DNA from: a virus
Lineage: Duplodnaviria; Caudoviricetes
Virus record (IMG/VR): IMGVR_UViG_3300022851_000005
Span: 1 to 58,779 of that record
Strand: one strand, 5' to 3'
Length of the DNA: 58,779 nt
Shown here: one piece after another, positions 38,577 through 46,717 of the stretch
Layout: the number at the start of each line of letters is the position of its first letter
How positions within the stretch are numbered: position 1 is the first letter of the stretch
Made by a program: the position numbers and the translations under genes
The notes under the pieces: model-generated
The model's database searches: none
Told to the model about the DNA's origin: nothing
Seen by the model: only the letters and a program-made list of their open reading frames with translations

Positions 38577-38712
38577 ATGGTAATCATGCCTACCAAGCTT
38601 GAATCTAATTATAGAGTAACTATATAGCCCTATATAGTTCTATAAATCCTACTAAGGCCCTATAAGACTCCCTCAGTCCTATAGGGCCTTATTCGTTATT
38701 ATTATCTAATCT

Positions 38713-38820
38713 AGATACTCTACTACCTTTAAGCCCCTCAGATACTCTACAGCTACTCTACTACCTTTAAGCCCCTTAGGGACTATAAAGCCCCTCAGAT
38801 ACTCTACTACCTTTAAGCCC
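38713..38820 (+). repeat. Three copies of 21-bp TACTCTACTACCTTTAAGCCC
   Basis: Copies begin near 38716, 38754 and 38800. Confidence 0.85.
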
Positions 38821-38906
38821 ACAACTTGACACTTCTAATTATTCTAATCTTACACGACCACTAGTATATATACGTGTATGTGCCCATGTGCACCTGCCCG
38901 CCCCCT

Positions 38907-39290
38907 AAGCCCCTAAGGGCTTCAGAGCACTCCTCAATCCTTTAAATCCCACCATCCAGAGCTATAGAGCCCTTAAGGGCTACATGTGCTACATGCGCTA
39001 CGTAGACTATAGAGCCCTTTTAGGGCTAAATGTAAAGTAGACTTGACTTTTTAGACTACGAAGCCCTAAAGGGCTTAGGGTATATTTAGCCTCCCTAAGA
39101 TCCCTAAGGATCTCAATAGCTTATAGCCTTTAGGCTAAATCGTAGCAATCCTAGCTATTCCTTACAGGAATACATAGACTATTAAGCCCTTTAAGGGCTC
39201 TATAGCGCGTAATAGCCCTTTAGGGCTCAATAAGGCTTTGAAGCCCTTAAGGGCTCTATAGCGCGTAATAGCCCTTTAGGGCTCTATAGC
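38907..39290. repeat. Array of AGCCC-N4/5-GGGCT palindromes
   Basis: Eight copies (about 38908, 38968, 39013, 39062, 39185, 39214, 39242, 39270) plus AGCCTTTAGGCT at 39125; the last four form a roughly 43-bp direct repeat. Confidence 0.9.
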
Positions 39291-39412
39291 GCACGATAGA
39301 CCGAAGGTCTTTAGAGACTTTTCAGCCCCTAACTTTCCCCTTTCTCCTTTCTTCATGTGTTCTCGCAGGAGTATCGAAGATACCGCGTGAAGAATCACCC
39401 ACCAGAAAAGGC

Positions 39413-39440
39413 TTGACAAATTCCAGAAGCATGGCAATCT
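39413..39440 (+). promoter_or_regulatory. Probable first early promoter
   Basis: TTGACA with TGn-CAATCT at 16-nt spacing, upstream of the first + arm gene. Confidence 0.5.
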
Positions 39441-39488
39441 ACATCGGCACCACAAATTTCGACCAGCCAATTCCGGCTTTTACCACTT

Positions 39489-39938
39489 ATGAGTACATAT
39501 GACATGACAAACGTAAACGTAGTTGCCTTAGCCGACCTTCCTGATTCAGTTAACTTCAGATTCCCTAAAGGGAATAAGGAGTACATGATACTTGCCCTTG
39601 ATGGTGACACTGTTAGCTATGCTAACCCTGATAAGCCTGATAGTGTTTACACTTGCCCAGCAAGCCATGACGTAGTGGCCTTGAAAGAAGGCGTAGCCTT
39701 TCGTAAAGTGAGCAAAAAGGGTAAATTATCTGCGAAGCAAGCTCGACCAGCGTTTAAAAAGGTGATCACTGCTAAGCAGCGTGAAGCGTCCATTAAGGGC
39801 ACAACACATGTATCGGACTTTAAAGTCCTTGAGGCACGAGTCGCCTCTTTAGAGTCTGGGCAGTCTCAGATACAAGCGAGTCTTAAGACTCAAAGCGAAG
39901 CGCTCGCTGCAATCCTCTTAGCTGTTACAGCTAAATAA
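39489..39938 (+). CDS. First early protein, hypothetical (basic middle, C-terminal coiled coil)
   Basis: Own promoter and terminator. Confidence 0.75.
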   Translation: MSTYDMTNVNVVALADLPDSVNFRFPKGNKEYMILALDGDTVSYANPDKPDSVYTCPASHDVVALKEGVAFRKVSKKGKLSAKQARPAFKKVITAKQREASIKGTTHVSDFKVLEARVASLESGQSQIQASLKTQSEALAAILLAVTAK

Positions 39939-39944
39939 CCCTTT

Positions 39945-39966
39945 AGGGGCTTCGGCCCCTTTATAT
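39945..39966 (+). terminator. Hairpin terminator
   Basis: AGGGGC-TTCG-GCCCCT then TTATAT. Confidence 0.65.
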
Positions 39967-40005
39967 ACTCACACACTCACACACTCCTTAAGGAGCACAT
40001 GCAAG

Positions 40006-40179
40006 ATGAAATCAGTCATAGCGTCGTTATTAACATTGTTAATAGTTATACTTATGTATTTAGGCCATAGGTGGATAACCGAAGGTCATGGTTTAAACCC
40101 TTCTATTGCCTTTACGATAGTAGGGCTAAGTATAGCCTATTTAGGTGTCATATTCTACCGAGACCTGTTTAGGCATTAA
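40006..40179 (+). CDS. Small 2-TM membrane protein, paralog A (57 aa, not in track)
   Basis: RBS aggag; MKSVIASLLTLLIVILMYLGHRWITEGHGLNPSIAFTIVGLSIAYLGVIFYRDLFRH. Confidence 0.7.
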   Translation: MKSVIASLLTLLIVILMYLGHRWITEGHGLNPSIAFTIVGLSIAYLGVIFYRDLFRH

Positions 40180-40247
40180 GAGTCGAAAAGCCCTTAATAG
40201 GGCTTCGTAAGGTGACTAGCCGCCTTATCTGATGATGACAGGCTTAA
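40176..40247 (+). ncRNA. Type II hammerhead ribozyme
   Basis: gtc-GAAA-[agccct taat agggct]-TC-[gtaaggtg actagc cgccttat]-CTGATGA-t-gac; outer ttaag/cttaa; predicted cleavage after C40206. Confidence 0.85.
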
Positions 40248-40263
40248 TTAATAGGAGTAACAC

Positions 40264-40371
40264 ATGATAAATATACGTGTTAAAACAGTCGACCACGATA
40301 CACTAGATGTTTATGCTAAAAGTCTTACCTTTAGTATGGAAGAATGGTGGGAAGGTACTATTACTAAATAA
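40264..40371 (+). CDS. Small hypothetical protein (35 aa)
   Basis: RBS aggag immediately after the ribozyme. Confidence 0.5.
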   Translation: MINIRVKTVDHDTLDVYAKSLTFSMEEWWEGTITK

Positions 40372-40403
40372 CATATTTTGATTTAGAAATTAAGGAGATT
40401 TAA

Positions 40404-40583
40404 ATGAAAACATCTTTAGCTGTACTGTTAACAGCAACAATAATCTACTTAGTACAAGAAGGGCATTTATGGTTAAATACTTTAGGACTAGAAGGGCTAA
40501 ACCCTGCATTCTCCTTTACATTAGTAGGTGTATGTTCAATAGCCTTACTGGTATTAATGCTTAGGGACAAGTCAAGACTATAA
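40404..40583 (+). CDS. Small 2-TM membrane protein, paralog B (59 aa, not in track)
   Basis: RBS aaggag; shares GH.W...GLNP...FT.VG...RD with 40006. Confidence 0.7.
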   Translation: MKTSLAVLLTATIIYLVQEGHLWLNTLGLEGLNPAFSFTLVGVCSIALLVLMLRDKSRL

Positions 40584-40637
40584 TAACATGTATATGCACA
40601 GGACTTTTACATGTGCAGAACTGCGCGCCAAAAGAGG

Positions 40638-40666
40638 TTGACATTGGTTGGCTCACGCTGTAGATT
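40638..40666 (+). promoter_or_regulatory. sigma70 early promoter
   Basis: TTGACA-17-TAGATT, intergenic. Confidence 0.7.
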
Positions 40667-40729
40667 GATTGGGCTGGCCAGAGTTGAGTCCGTAAACTTT
40701 AGACATTAAATGAGATTAAGGGGATTTAA

Positions 40730-40891
40730 ATGTATAGAAAAGTTACGATAACTGTTATCTTAGATGTCGAGGATGAGTCGCATTGTAATAAGGTGTTGAG
40801 AGCTATGCTCAAACCGCTTGATTCAGATACACCTATGCGTCTTTTAAGAGACTACAGCACAGAAGAAGAGTATGAAAATTTTAAAACTTAA
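40730..40891 (+). CDS. Small hypothetical protein (53 aa)
   Basis: RBS aagggga; MYRKVTITVILDV. Confidence 0.55.
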   Translation: MYRKVTITVILDVEDESHCNKVLRAMLKPLDSDTPMRLLRDYSTEEEYENFKT

Positions 40892-40907
40892 ATAATAGGG
40901 ATTTAAT

Positions 40908-41144
40908 ATGAAACCTAGTAAATATATTACTATTAAAGGGGGCTATTATAAGCCTAAGGAAGTCATTGAAGGTAACTATAAGCAGGGTACACTCCTTTTT
41001 TATACTTTCGATGTACTTACTAAAGCTGTAAACGGCACTTATAAGCTCCATACAGGTGGTTATTTAGATGGTATTACTTTTAATGATGAAAGTAAGCTTA
41101 AATTTAAGAAAGACGATGTGGTTATATTAGGAGATTTAGTATGA
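40908..41144 (+). CDS. Hypothetical protein
   Basis: RBS aggga. Confidence 0.6.
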   Translation: MKPSKYITIKGGYYKPKEVIEGNYKQGTLLFYTFDVLTKAVNGTYKLHTGGYLDGITFNDESKLKFKKDDVVILGDLV

Positions 41145-41380
41145 AAGTTAATACTATGGACTTAAGAGTATCTGAAGCAACTGTTATAGATGAAATAAGT
41201 AGAGGACATGGGTTCACTTTTAATGGTAGTAATTACATTAAAATAAATCATAATCAGTCTAAATATTATAACTGTTTAAAGTTACCTGAGGATTTAGATC
41301 TGCAAGGTGATCTAGAAGTATGTAGTATACATACTAGCTCTAGTGTAACCCCATTTAACCTTACATTCGTTATATCTTAA
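41141..41380 (+). CDS. Hypothetical protein
   Basis: RBS aggag; ATGA coupling. Confidence 0.6.
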   Translation: MKVNTMDLRVSEATVIDEISRGHGFTFNGSNYIKINHNQSKYYNCLKLPEDLDLQGDLEVCSIHTSSSVTPFNLTFVIS

Positions 41381-41398
41381 ATAACTAGAGAGTTTAAT

Positions 41399-41557
41399 AT
41401 GCTAACACTATACGATTTAGAAGTAGGCGATACCTTTGTATGCTTAGAAGGTATTTACACTGTAATGCATAATTGGGGTATAGTTAAAGGGGTATTTAGC
41501 AGTTCAGAAGGTATTTTATGGCTTGGTACAGACGTTATGAAGATAGAAAGTGTTTAA
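41399..41557 (+). CDS. Small hypothetical protein (52 aa)
   Basis: MLTLYDLEVGDTF; fills an intergenic gap. Confidence 0.5.
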   Translation: MLTLYDLEVGDTFVCLEGIYTVMHNWGIVKGVFSSSEGILWLGTDVMKIESV

Positions 41558-41600
41558 AACTTAACCCATACATAAATTGTAAAGCTAAAAGGAATTTACT

Positions 41601-41888
41601 ATGGAACTTAAACAGTTAAAATGTGCTAATTGTGGTAAAGAATTCCTACCTAAAGAGGGTATTATACCTTGTGTTATTATTAACAGTACTCTATGTAGTG
41701 ATGCTTGTAGCCAAGAAGGGCTAGAAATGGCTACAGATATATATGAGCAATTACGTATGTTAATATATAATCCAAAAGAGACTGAAGAGTACTTAAGGTC
41801 TTTAAATGATTACGCTATAGATTGTATTACTCAATACATATCAATTATAAATGATTGTATTGCTGATGAAGGCCCTACTATACACTAA
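41601..41888 (+). CDS. Zn-finger (CxxC...CSxxC) protein, paralog 1
   Basis: MELKQLKCANC...CSDAC. Confidence 0.75.
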   Translation: MELKQLKCANCGKEFLPKEGIIPCVIINSTLCSDACSQEGLEMATDIYEQLRMLIYNPKETEEYLRSLNDYAIDCITQYISIINDCIADEGPTIH

Positions 41889-41955
41889 ATAGACTTTAAA
41901 GGTCTTAAAAGATGTGATGAAAGTTTAAATCCTAAATTAATTAAAGGAATTTACT

Positions 41956-42237
41956 ATGGAACTTAAACAGTTAAAATGTGCTAATTGTAATAATAACTTT
42001 GAGCCTAAAGACGGAGAAACAGGGCTTATTATAACTAGCCCTATATGTAGTATAAAGTGTAGTTTAGAGGCTTTAGATAAAGCTAAGGTTACTTTTAAGA
42101 AGTTAGAGGAGATTAAAGGTAATCCTGAAGCCTTTTCAACGTATTTAGAATCTTTAGATACTTTCTCGATGCATTGTATACTTCAATTAATGGCCTCTTT
42201 ACGTAAAATGTCAAGAGAAAATCATATTGTACACTAA
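41956..42237 (+). CDS. Zn-finger (CxxC...CSxxC) protein, paralog 2
   Basis: MELKQLKCANC...CSIKC. Confidence 0.75.
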   Translation: MELKQLKCANCNNNFEPKDGETGLIITSPICSIKCSLEALDKAKVTFKKLEEIKGNPEAFSTYLESLDTFSMHCILQLMASLRKMSRENHIVH

Positions 42238-42392
42238 ATAGACTTTAAAGGTCTTAAAAGTTATGCTAAAGTTTACATTAAAAGCTATAAAAGTACGTAA
42301 AAAGCCGCCAGAGAACTTTAAAGGCGGTAAACATAGAGTTGCTATTAAGTACACTCGTAAAGTTAAACATAAAACCATTAAGGAGCTTTAAT

Positions 42393-42551
42393 ATGTCGCG
42401 AAATAGACCTAAGAAAGGCCAGTGGGTTGTTATTAACTCTTCAATGCATGAACCTAGAAAAGCTAGAGTATCTGGGTTATTAAGTGCTCAGTTTGCTTAT
42501 AAGTTTAAAGGTTTAATATTCTTTTGTCTTTATACAGGAGATTGGAAATGA
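42393..42551 (+). CDS. Hypothetical protein
   Basis: RBS aaggag before ATG 42393 (track start 42339). Confidence 0.55.
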   Translation: MSRNRPKKGQWVVINSSMHEPRKARVSGLLSAQFAYKFKGLIFFCLYTGDWK

Positions 42552-42790
42552 AAAATATAGCAAGTTTTTTATTATTAGGCTTAATTTTTTGGGGTATGAT
42601 ATGTGTTGTATCTATTTTACATCATTTTGCCTTCGGAGGTGGTTTACCGTTATGAAAAGTGCGATAGCAGAGTTTTATATGTCTGTACTTCATTATCTTA
42701 AGTCTAATAAGGCTTCGGATACTACAGACTTAGTAGCCAATGAAGTTCTTAATAGCCCTTCAGTAATATTTAATACGGAGATTAACCATT

Positions 42791-43111
42791 ATGAGTCTTA
42801 AAAAGAGTTTAATAGAAGTTAAAAGTTTAATAGATACCCCTGAAAAGTGGTGTAAATATAAATATGCTAGGGATAGCAGTGGGATACCTGTAAGTTATAA
42901 ATCTCCTAGAGCTTGTAGTTTCTGTATCTTAGGGGCTGTACGTAGAGTAAGAATTGAAGAGCAGCTTGACGTCTTAAGAGAGCTTAGAAAGTTTATACCT
43001 AATAAACAAACTAATAGAAGGAATTTAAAGTTAAATATTTTTAATGATAATGCTACCCATAATGAGGTTATGGCTTTATTTGATAGAGCAATAAAACTAA
43101 CGCCTGAATAA
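42791..43111 (+). CDS. DUF6197-like protein, paralog 1
   Basis: LI..PEKW...ARD..G...SP.ACSFCILGA...FND..THNEVMALFDRAIK. Confidence 0.7.
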   Translation: MSLKKSLIEVKSLIDTPEKWCKYKYARDSSGIPVSYKSPRACSFCILGAVRRVRIEEQLDVLRELRKFIPNKQTNRRNLKLNIFNDNATHNEVMALFDRAIKLTPE

Positions 43112-43132
43112 TTACCCCTGCGATTATAGGGG

Positions 43133-43161
43133 TTGACACGAGAGACCAACTGTGATGTTCT
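43133..43161 (+). promoter_or_regulatory. Promoter with variant -10 (TGTTCT)
   Basis: TTGACA-17-TGTTCT; shares ccaactgtg(a/g)tgttctgtgg with 45552. Confidence 0.55.
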
Positions 43162-43209
43162 GTGGTCTCCTCTTCACCACAATCTATATTTATATAAAGG
43201 CTAACGCAT

Positions 43210-43455
43210 ATGATTCAGTTTCAAGGTAAAGTACTTTCCGAGACTAAAGGTAAATATGAATCCTTTTACTACCAAGATGGACTTCTTAAGCTACAAGTTA
43301 TACAGACTAAGGAGTGTAAAAATCCCCTTAAAGCCTGTGAAAAAGCTGTAATGAGTATTCAAGGCATTAAAGCCAATGTGTTCGACTACAATGGCGGTAC
43401 ATCCTTTGGAGGTAATATAGTAGCCTTCGTTCAAGAGTTTACAGAGGTTAAATGA
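43210..43455 (+). CDS. Hypothetical protein
   Basis: RBS aaagg, downstream of promoter. Confidence 0.6.
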   Translation: MIQFQGKVLSETKGKYESFYYQDGLLKLQVIQTKECKNPLKACEKAVMSIQGIKANVFDYNGGTSFGGNIVAFVQEFTEVK

Positions 43456-43456
43456 T

Positions 43457-43777
43457 ATGAATCCCTTTAAAAAGTTAGTAATTAAAAATATATTGATTAA
43501 AGCTAAAGCGGTTATAGCTAACCCGGATAATTGGATTCAGAACTCTATGGCTCAGGGTATAGATGGGTGGCAGACTAGTGTTTCAGATCCTCAAGCCTGT
43601 AAGTTCTGTAGTGTAGGAGCAATCTATAAGGTAAATGGCTCGATGAATAGTGTTACAGAGTTAGCACGTATTGCTTTAGAGAAAAATACCGGAGGTCTTT
43701 CTTTAGATATGTTTAACGATACCCATACACATCAAGAAGTAATGGCTTTATTTGATACGGCGATTAAAAATGCTTAA
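43457..43777 (+). CDS. DUF6197-like protein, paralog 2
   Basis: KAK..I.NPDNW...ACKFCSVGA...FNDTHTHQEVMALFD.AIK. Confidence 0.7.
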   Translation: MNPFKKLVIKNILIKAKAVIANPDNWIQNSMAQGIDGWQTSVSDPQACKFCSVGAIYKVNGSMNSVTELARIALEKNTGGLSLDMFNDTHTHQEVMALFDTAIKNA

Positions 43778-43988
43778 ATACTATGCAGGAATAGGACACA
43801 GAACGAGAAAGAGAATTATATGTATATAGAGATTTTACTTAAAGAGGCTAAAAAGGAAAATTTAGACTTTTACAAGCTTTACGCTAGTAGAAAGTTTGGT
43901 TTACCTTATGAAGAGGTCACTCCTATATTAAGAAGGAAAGCTAAAGAGTCTTTACACCACTACTTTTATAGTAATTAAGGAGAAATAC

Positions 43989-44303
43989 ATGGACTTAGCA
44001 GTTAAAGTTATGTTAGAAAAAGCTAAAAATCTAATACGTAATCCTGATAATTGGACTACAGAAAAATATGCTAGAGATGCTAATGGAGTAAGTGTTAATC
44101 CTAAAAGCCCTGAAGCCTGTAAATTTTGTGTTCTAGGGGCTATTATGAATATACAGGGAGTGAATTGTGATGACCTTGATTATGTTTCCCGTATTTTATA
44201 TAAAGCAACAGGTTATCTTAATATATCTTCTTTCAACGACAGCCATACACATAAACAAGTACTAGAGTTATTAGATAAAGCAATTAAAATAAATGGAGAC
44301 TAA
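43989..44303 (+). CDS. DUF6197-like protein, paralog 3
   Basis: KAK.LI.NPDNW..KYARD..G..SPEACKFCVLGA...FNDSHTH..VL.LLDKAIK. Confidence 0.7.
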   Translation: MDLAVKVMLEKAKNLIRNPDNWTTEKYARDANGVSVNPKSPEACKFCVLGAIMNIQGVNCDDLDYVSRILYKATGYLNISSFNDSHTHKQVLELLDKAIKINGD

Positions 44304-44306
44304 ACC

Positions 44307-44831
44307 ATGCCATCAAGTTATTTAGAATTTACAGCTCATTTAATGTCGCATATCAGAGTAAATCCTGATAAACATAATGCAATCTTTTTATCCAAAGGTC
44401 GCTATACTGTAAGGCATATAGAACTAGAGGATTCTTCTTTTGATTCTATGATTGAAGGGCTTTTAAACTTTAATAAAAGTGCTGACCATACTAGATGTAT
44501 TATGGTTAAAAGTCCTAATAGTATTTTAAGATCTTTAGCATCCTGTAGACCCATATGTAATAAGTTTATGGGGCCTATGCCTTTAGTAAAGAGTATGTTG
44601 ACCTATTGTGCCCCTATGGAAAACGCTAAAATAGAGACTGTTAACTTTAAAGCAGTAGGAAGACTAGACGAAGCCTATTTAGTCCCTGATAGAAGGCAAT
44701 TAGCTGCTGAAATGGTTAATGATAATAATGACCTAGTAGAGTTGGCTAAAACATCAATGAACTTAGCGAGTGTTACTGTAGGAGGCGCTGTAGCCTTTGA
44801 AGGCGCTCCATTATATGAAGTGAGGAGATAG
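44307..44831 (+). CDS. Hypothetical protein
   Basis: RBS ggag; 174 aa. Confidence 0.65.
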   Translation: MPSSYLEFTAHLMSHIRVNPDKHNAIFLSKGRYTVRHIELEDSSFDSMIEGLLNFNKSADHTRCIMVKSPNSILRSLASCRPICNKFMGPMPLVKSMLTYCAPMENAKIETVNFKAVGRLDEAYLVPDRRQLAAEMVNDNNDLVELAKTSMNLASVTVGGAVAFEGAPLYEVRR

Positions 44832-45064
44832 AATGGACGTATATACTATAGGATTTATAATATTATTAATATGTATAGGATTTATGACTTATTACTTATC
44901 TAAGTATTACTTAATAAGTTTTACTCGTCTTTTTATTTGTTATATTGTATGCTTTTTAGTAGGTTGGTTTAATAAGGAAATTACAGACTTTATAATGAGG
45001 TTAATATGATTAAAGTAATTAGAAAAGAAGATGTTATGATGGCTTCTATAGAGGTAATAGAGTT

Positions 45065-45319
45065 ATGAAAACTTTAAGTTTAATGTTACTATTAGTAGTA
45101 GTACTATCAGGTTGTCAATCCTTTAATTCAGATAGACCTAAAAAGATTGAATGTTCTAAAGACCTTACAGTACCTATATCTTCCTGTATAAGTTATAGGA
45201 AACCTTATAAAATACCTACTAAATGTGAAGTAGAAATTGTAGATAGTTGGGGTATAAAGTCCTGTATTACTAGGAATACTCTACGTATAATGTTAAATAA
45301 TACAACAGGAGTTTATTAA
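45065..45319 (+). CDS. Cys-rich lipoprotein, paralog 1
   Basis: Signal peptide with lipobox LSGC; CSKDL..PISSC. Confidence 0.7.
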   Translation: MKTLSLMLLLVVVLSGCQSFNSDRPKKIECSKDLTVPISSCISYRKPYKIPTKCEVEIVDSWGIKSCITRNTLRIMLNNTTGVY

Positions 45320-45510
45320 TGGAAAGTTACTTTAAATTTAAATATATTATAGGTATCATATTACATGTAGTACCTCTAGCACTTATATCGGTTTACTTAA
45401 GTCTTCCTGAATATTTTATACTTGTATTAGTATTTTTTATAGGGTGGTATAGTAACGATTTAGTAGACTTCTATATTAAAACCTTTAAAAAGCTGACTGG
45501 CAATCTATAG
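45319..45510 (+). CDS. Small membrane protein
   Basis: Hydrophobic; RBS aggag. Confidence 0.55.
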   Translation: MESYFKFKYIIGIILHVVPLALISVYLSLPEYFILVLVFFIGWYSNDLVDFYIKTFKKLTGNL

Positions 45511-45551
45511 AATAACGCACATACCTGTATTGAATATCACACGAATAGGGC

Positions 45552-45580
45552 TGGACATTCTCAGCCAACTGTGGTGTTCT
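45552..45580 (+). promoter_or_regulatory. Promoter with variant -10 (TGTTCT)
   Basis: TGGACA-17-TGTTCT; near copy of the 43133 element. Confidence 0.5.
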
Positions 45581-45720
45581 GTGGGAAGTCAGGGCAGCAG
45601 TGCATCACCTGAAAAGAAATACACTCACACGTTTATAAGGAGAAACTGATATGCCTTAAACTAGTAGGATTATATTTTTATATTACTTATTTATCAACAT
45701 AACCTTAAAAGGTATACACA

Positions 45721-46239
45721 ATGAATAAAGCAAATTTTGATTATAGTAGTTTAGAAGCGGATCGAGAAGCCACCTATAGGCAGAAGTTAGGTATAGGTAA
45801 TCTATTTAGTGGTAAAGGCTTTAAATGTCTTCAAGAAGGCGAGAAGCCTGACTGGGCACAAGGAAGACGTATTGCGGCAATGATAACTGATTATCATGCT
45901 AATATATCTAAAGATACTTTAACTCATGGTAGAGTCCAAGAGATTAGAGCACTAAAGAGTCTTCCTAAAGTCTATAAAGACCTTTACGATAAAGATAAAG
46001 TAGGGATGAATACAGTAGACAGAGTAAGTTCTAAAGAAACTAGTGAGCCAGTTAGTACTAAAAAGCCCTCTTCTAATGAGAATCTATTGGTTTTAGATCT
46101 AAATGATCCTGAAGCTGTAGAGAAACTTAGAAAGGCTTTACATATTGATAGTAAAGTATATGAAGACACTGAAGACGATGGGGATAAAGGCCCTAGTAAT
46201 TCAGAGATTGAAAGTGAAGAAGGTAACTTTAACCCCTAA
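45721..46239 (+). CDS. Hypothetical protein with acidic C-terminus
   Basis: RBS aaggt; followed by terminator. Confidence 0.7.
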   Translation: MNKANFDYSSLEADREATYRQKLGIGNLFSGKGFKCLQEGEKPDWAQGRRIAAMITDYHANISKDTLTHGRVQEIRALKSLPKVYKDLYDKDKVGMNTVDRVSSKETSEPVSTKKPSSNENLLVLDLNDPEAVEKLRKALHIDSKVYEDTEDDGDKGPSNSEIESEEGNFNP

Positions 46240-46249
46240 GTAATACTTT

Positions 46250-46286
46250 CCTCTGAAGGTTCTAATAGAGCCTTTGGAGGCTTTTT
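46250..46286 (+). terminator. Intrinsic terminator
   Basis: cctctgaaggttct-aat-agagcctttggagg then cttttt. Confidence 0.7.
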
Positions 46287-46304
46287 AGATTAAAAGGTAC
46301 CTAT

Positions 46305-46490
46305 ATGGAAATTTTAAAAGATTTTAGAAATGTTTTATACACTATACCTAGTATATATTATTTAGGTATAAATTTGGTTTTAATGTTTATTGTTCTTTTT
46401 GCTGGTTTGGGTTTATTAGTTAATGTAGGTTTAGTTATTACTCAAGTTACCTGTATGTTTTTACACTTTAAAACTAGCGCTAAGTCTTAA
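46305..46490 (+). CDS. Small membrane protein
   Basis: Hydrophobic; RBS aaggt. Confidence 0.55.
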   Translation: MEILKDFRNVLYTIPSIYYLGINLVLMFIVLFAGLGLLVNVGLVITQVTCMFLHFKTSAKS

Positions 46491-46502
46491 GGAGATATTT
46501 AT

Positions 46503-46709
46503 ATGGAATGGTTTTTATTGTATTTTATAGGGTGTGTAATTGTATTTGGACTTTCTAACGCTTACTGGATAAATATACATAATGTTTATAACGAGCCTGT
46601 AGTGTGGTGTACAAGTTTATTTAGCTTTGTTATGTTACCTCTTTTACTTATACTTTATAATATGGGTAGCTATACTTACTGTGGTTTTAGTTATAAATTA
46701 AAAATGTAG
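46503..46709 (+). CDS. Small membrane protein
   Basis: Hydrophobic; RBS aaggag. Confidence 0.55.
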   Translation: MEWFLLYFIGCVIVFGLSNAYWINIHNVYNEPVVWCTSLFSFVMLPLLLILYNMGSYTYCGFSYKLKM

Positions 46710-46717
46710 AGGCTTGT

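Noticed and set aside
38713-39290. Mini-CRISPR array
   Set aside because: Units are short with irregular spacing, intervening sequences are themselves repeated, and there is no cas operon
44307-44831. RadC/JAB-like call
   Set aside because: Only vague resemblance; the HNHPS metal motif is absent
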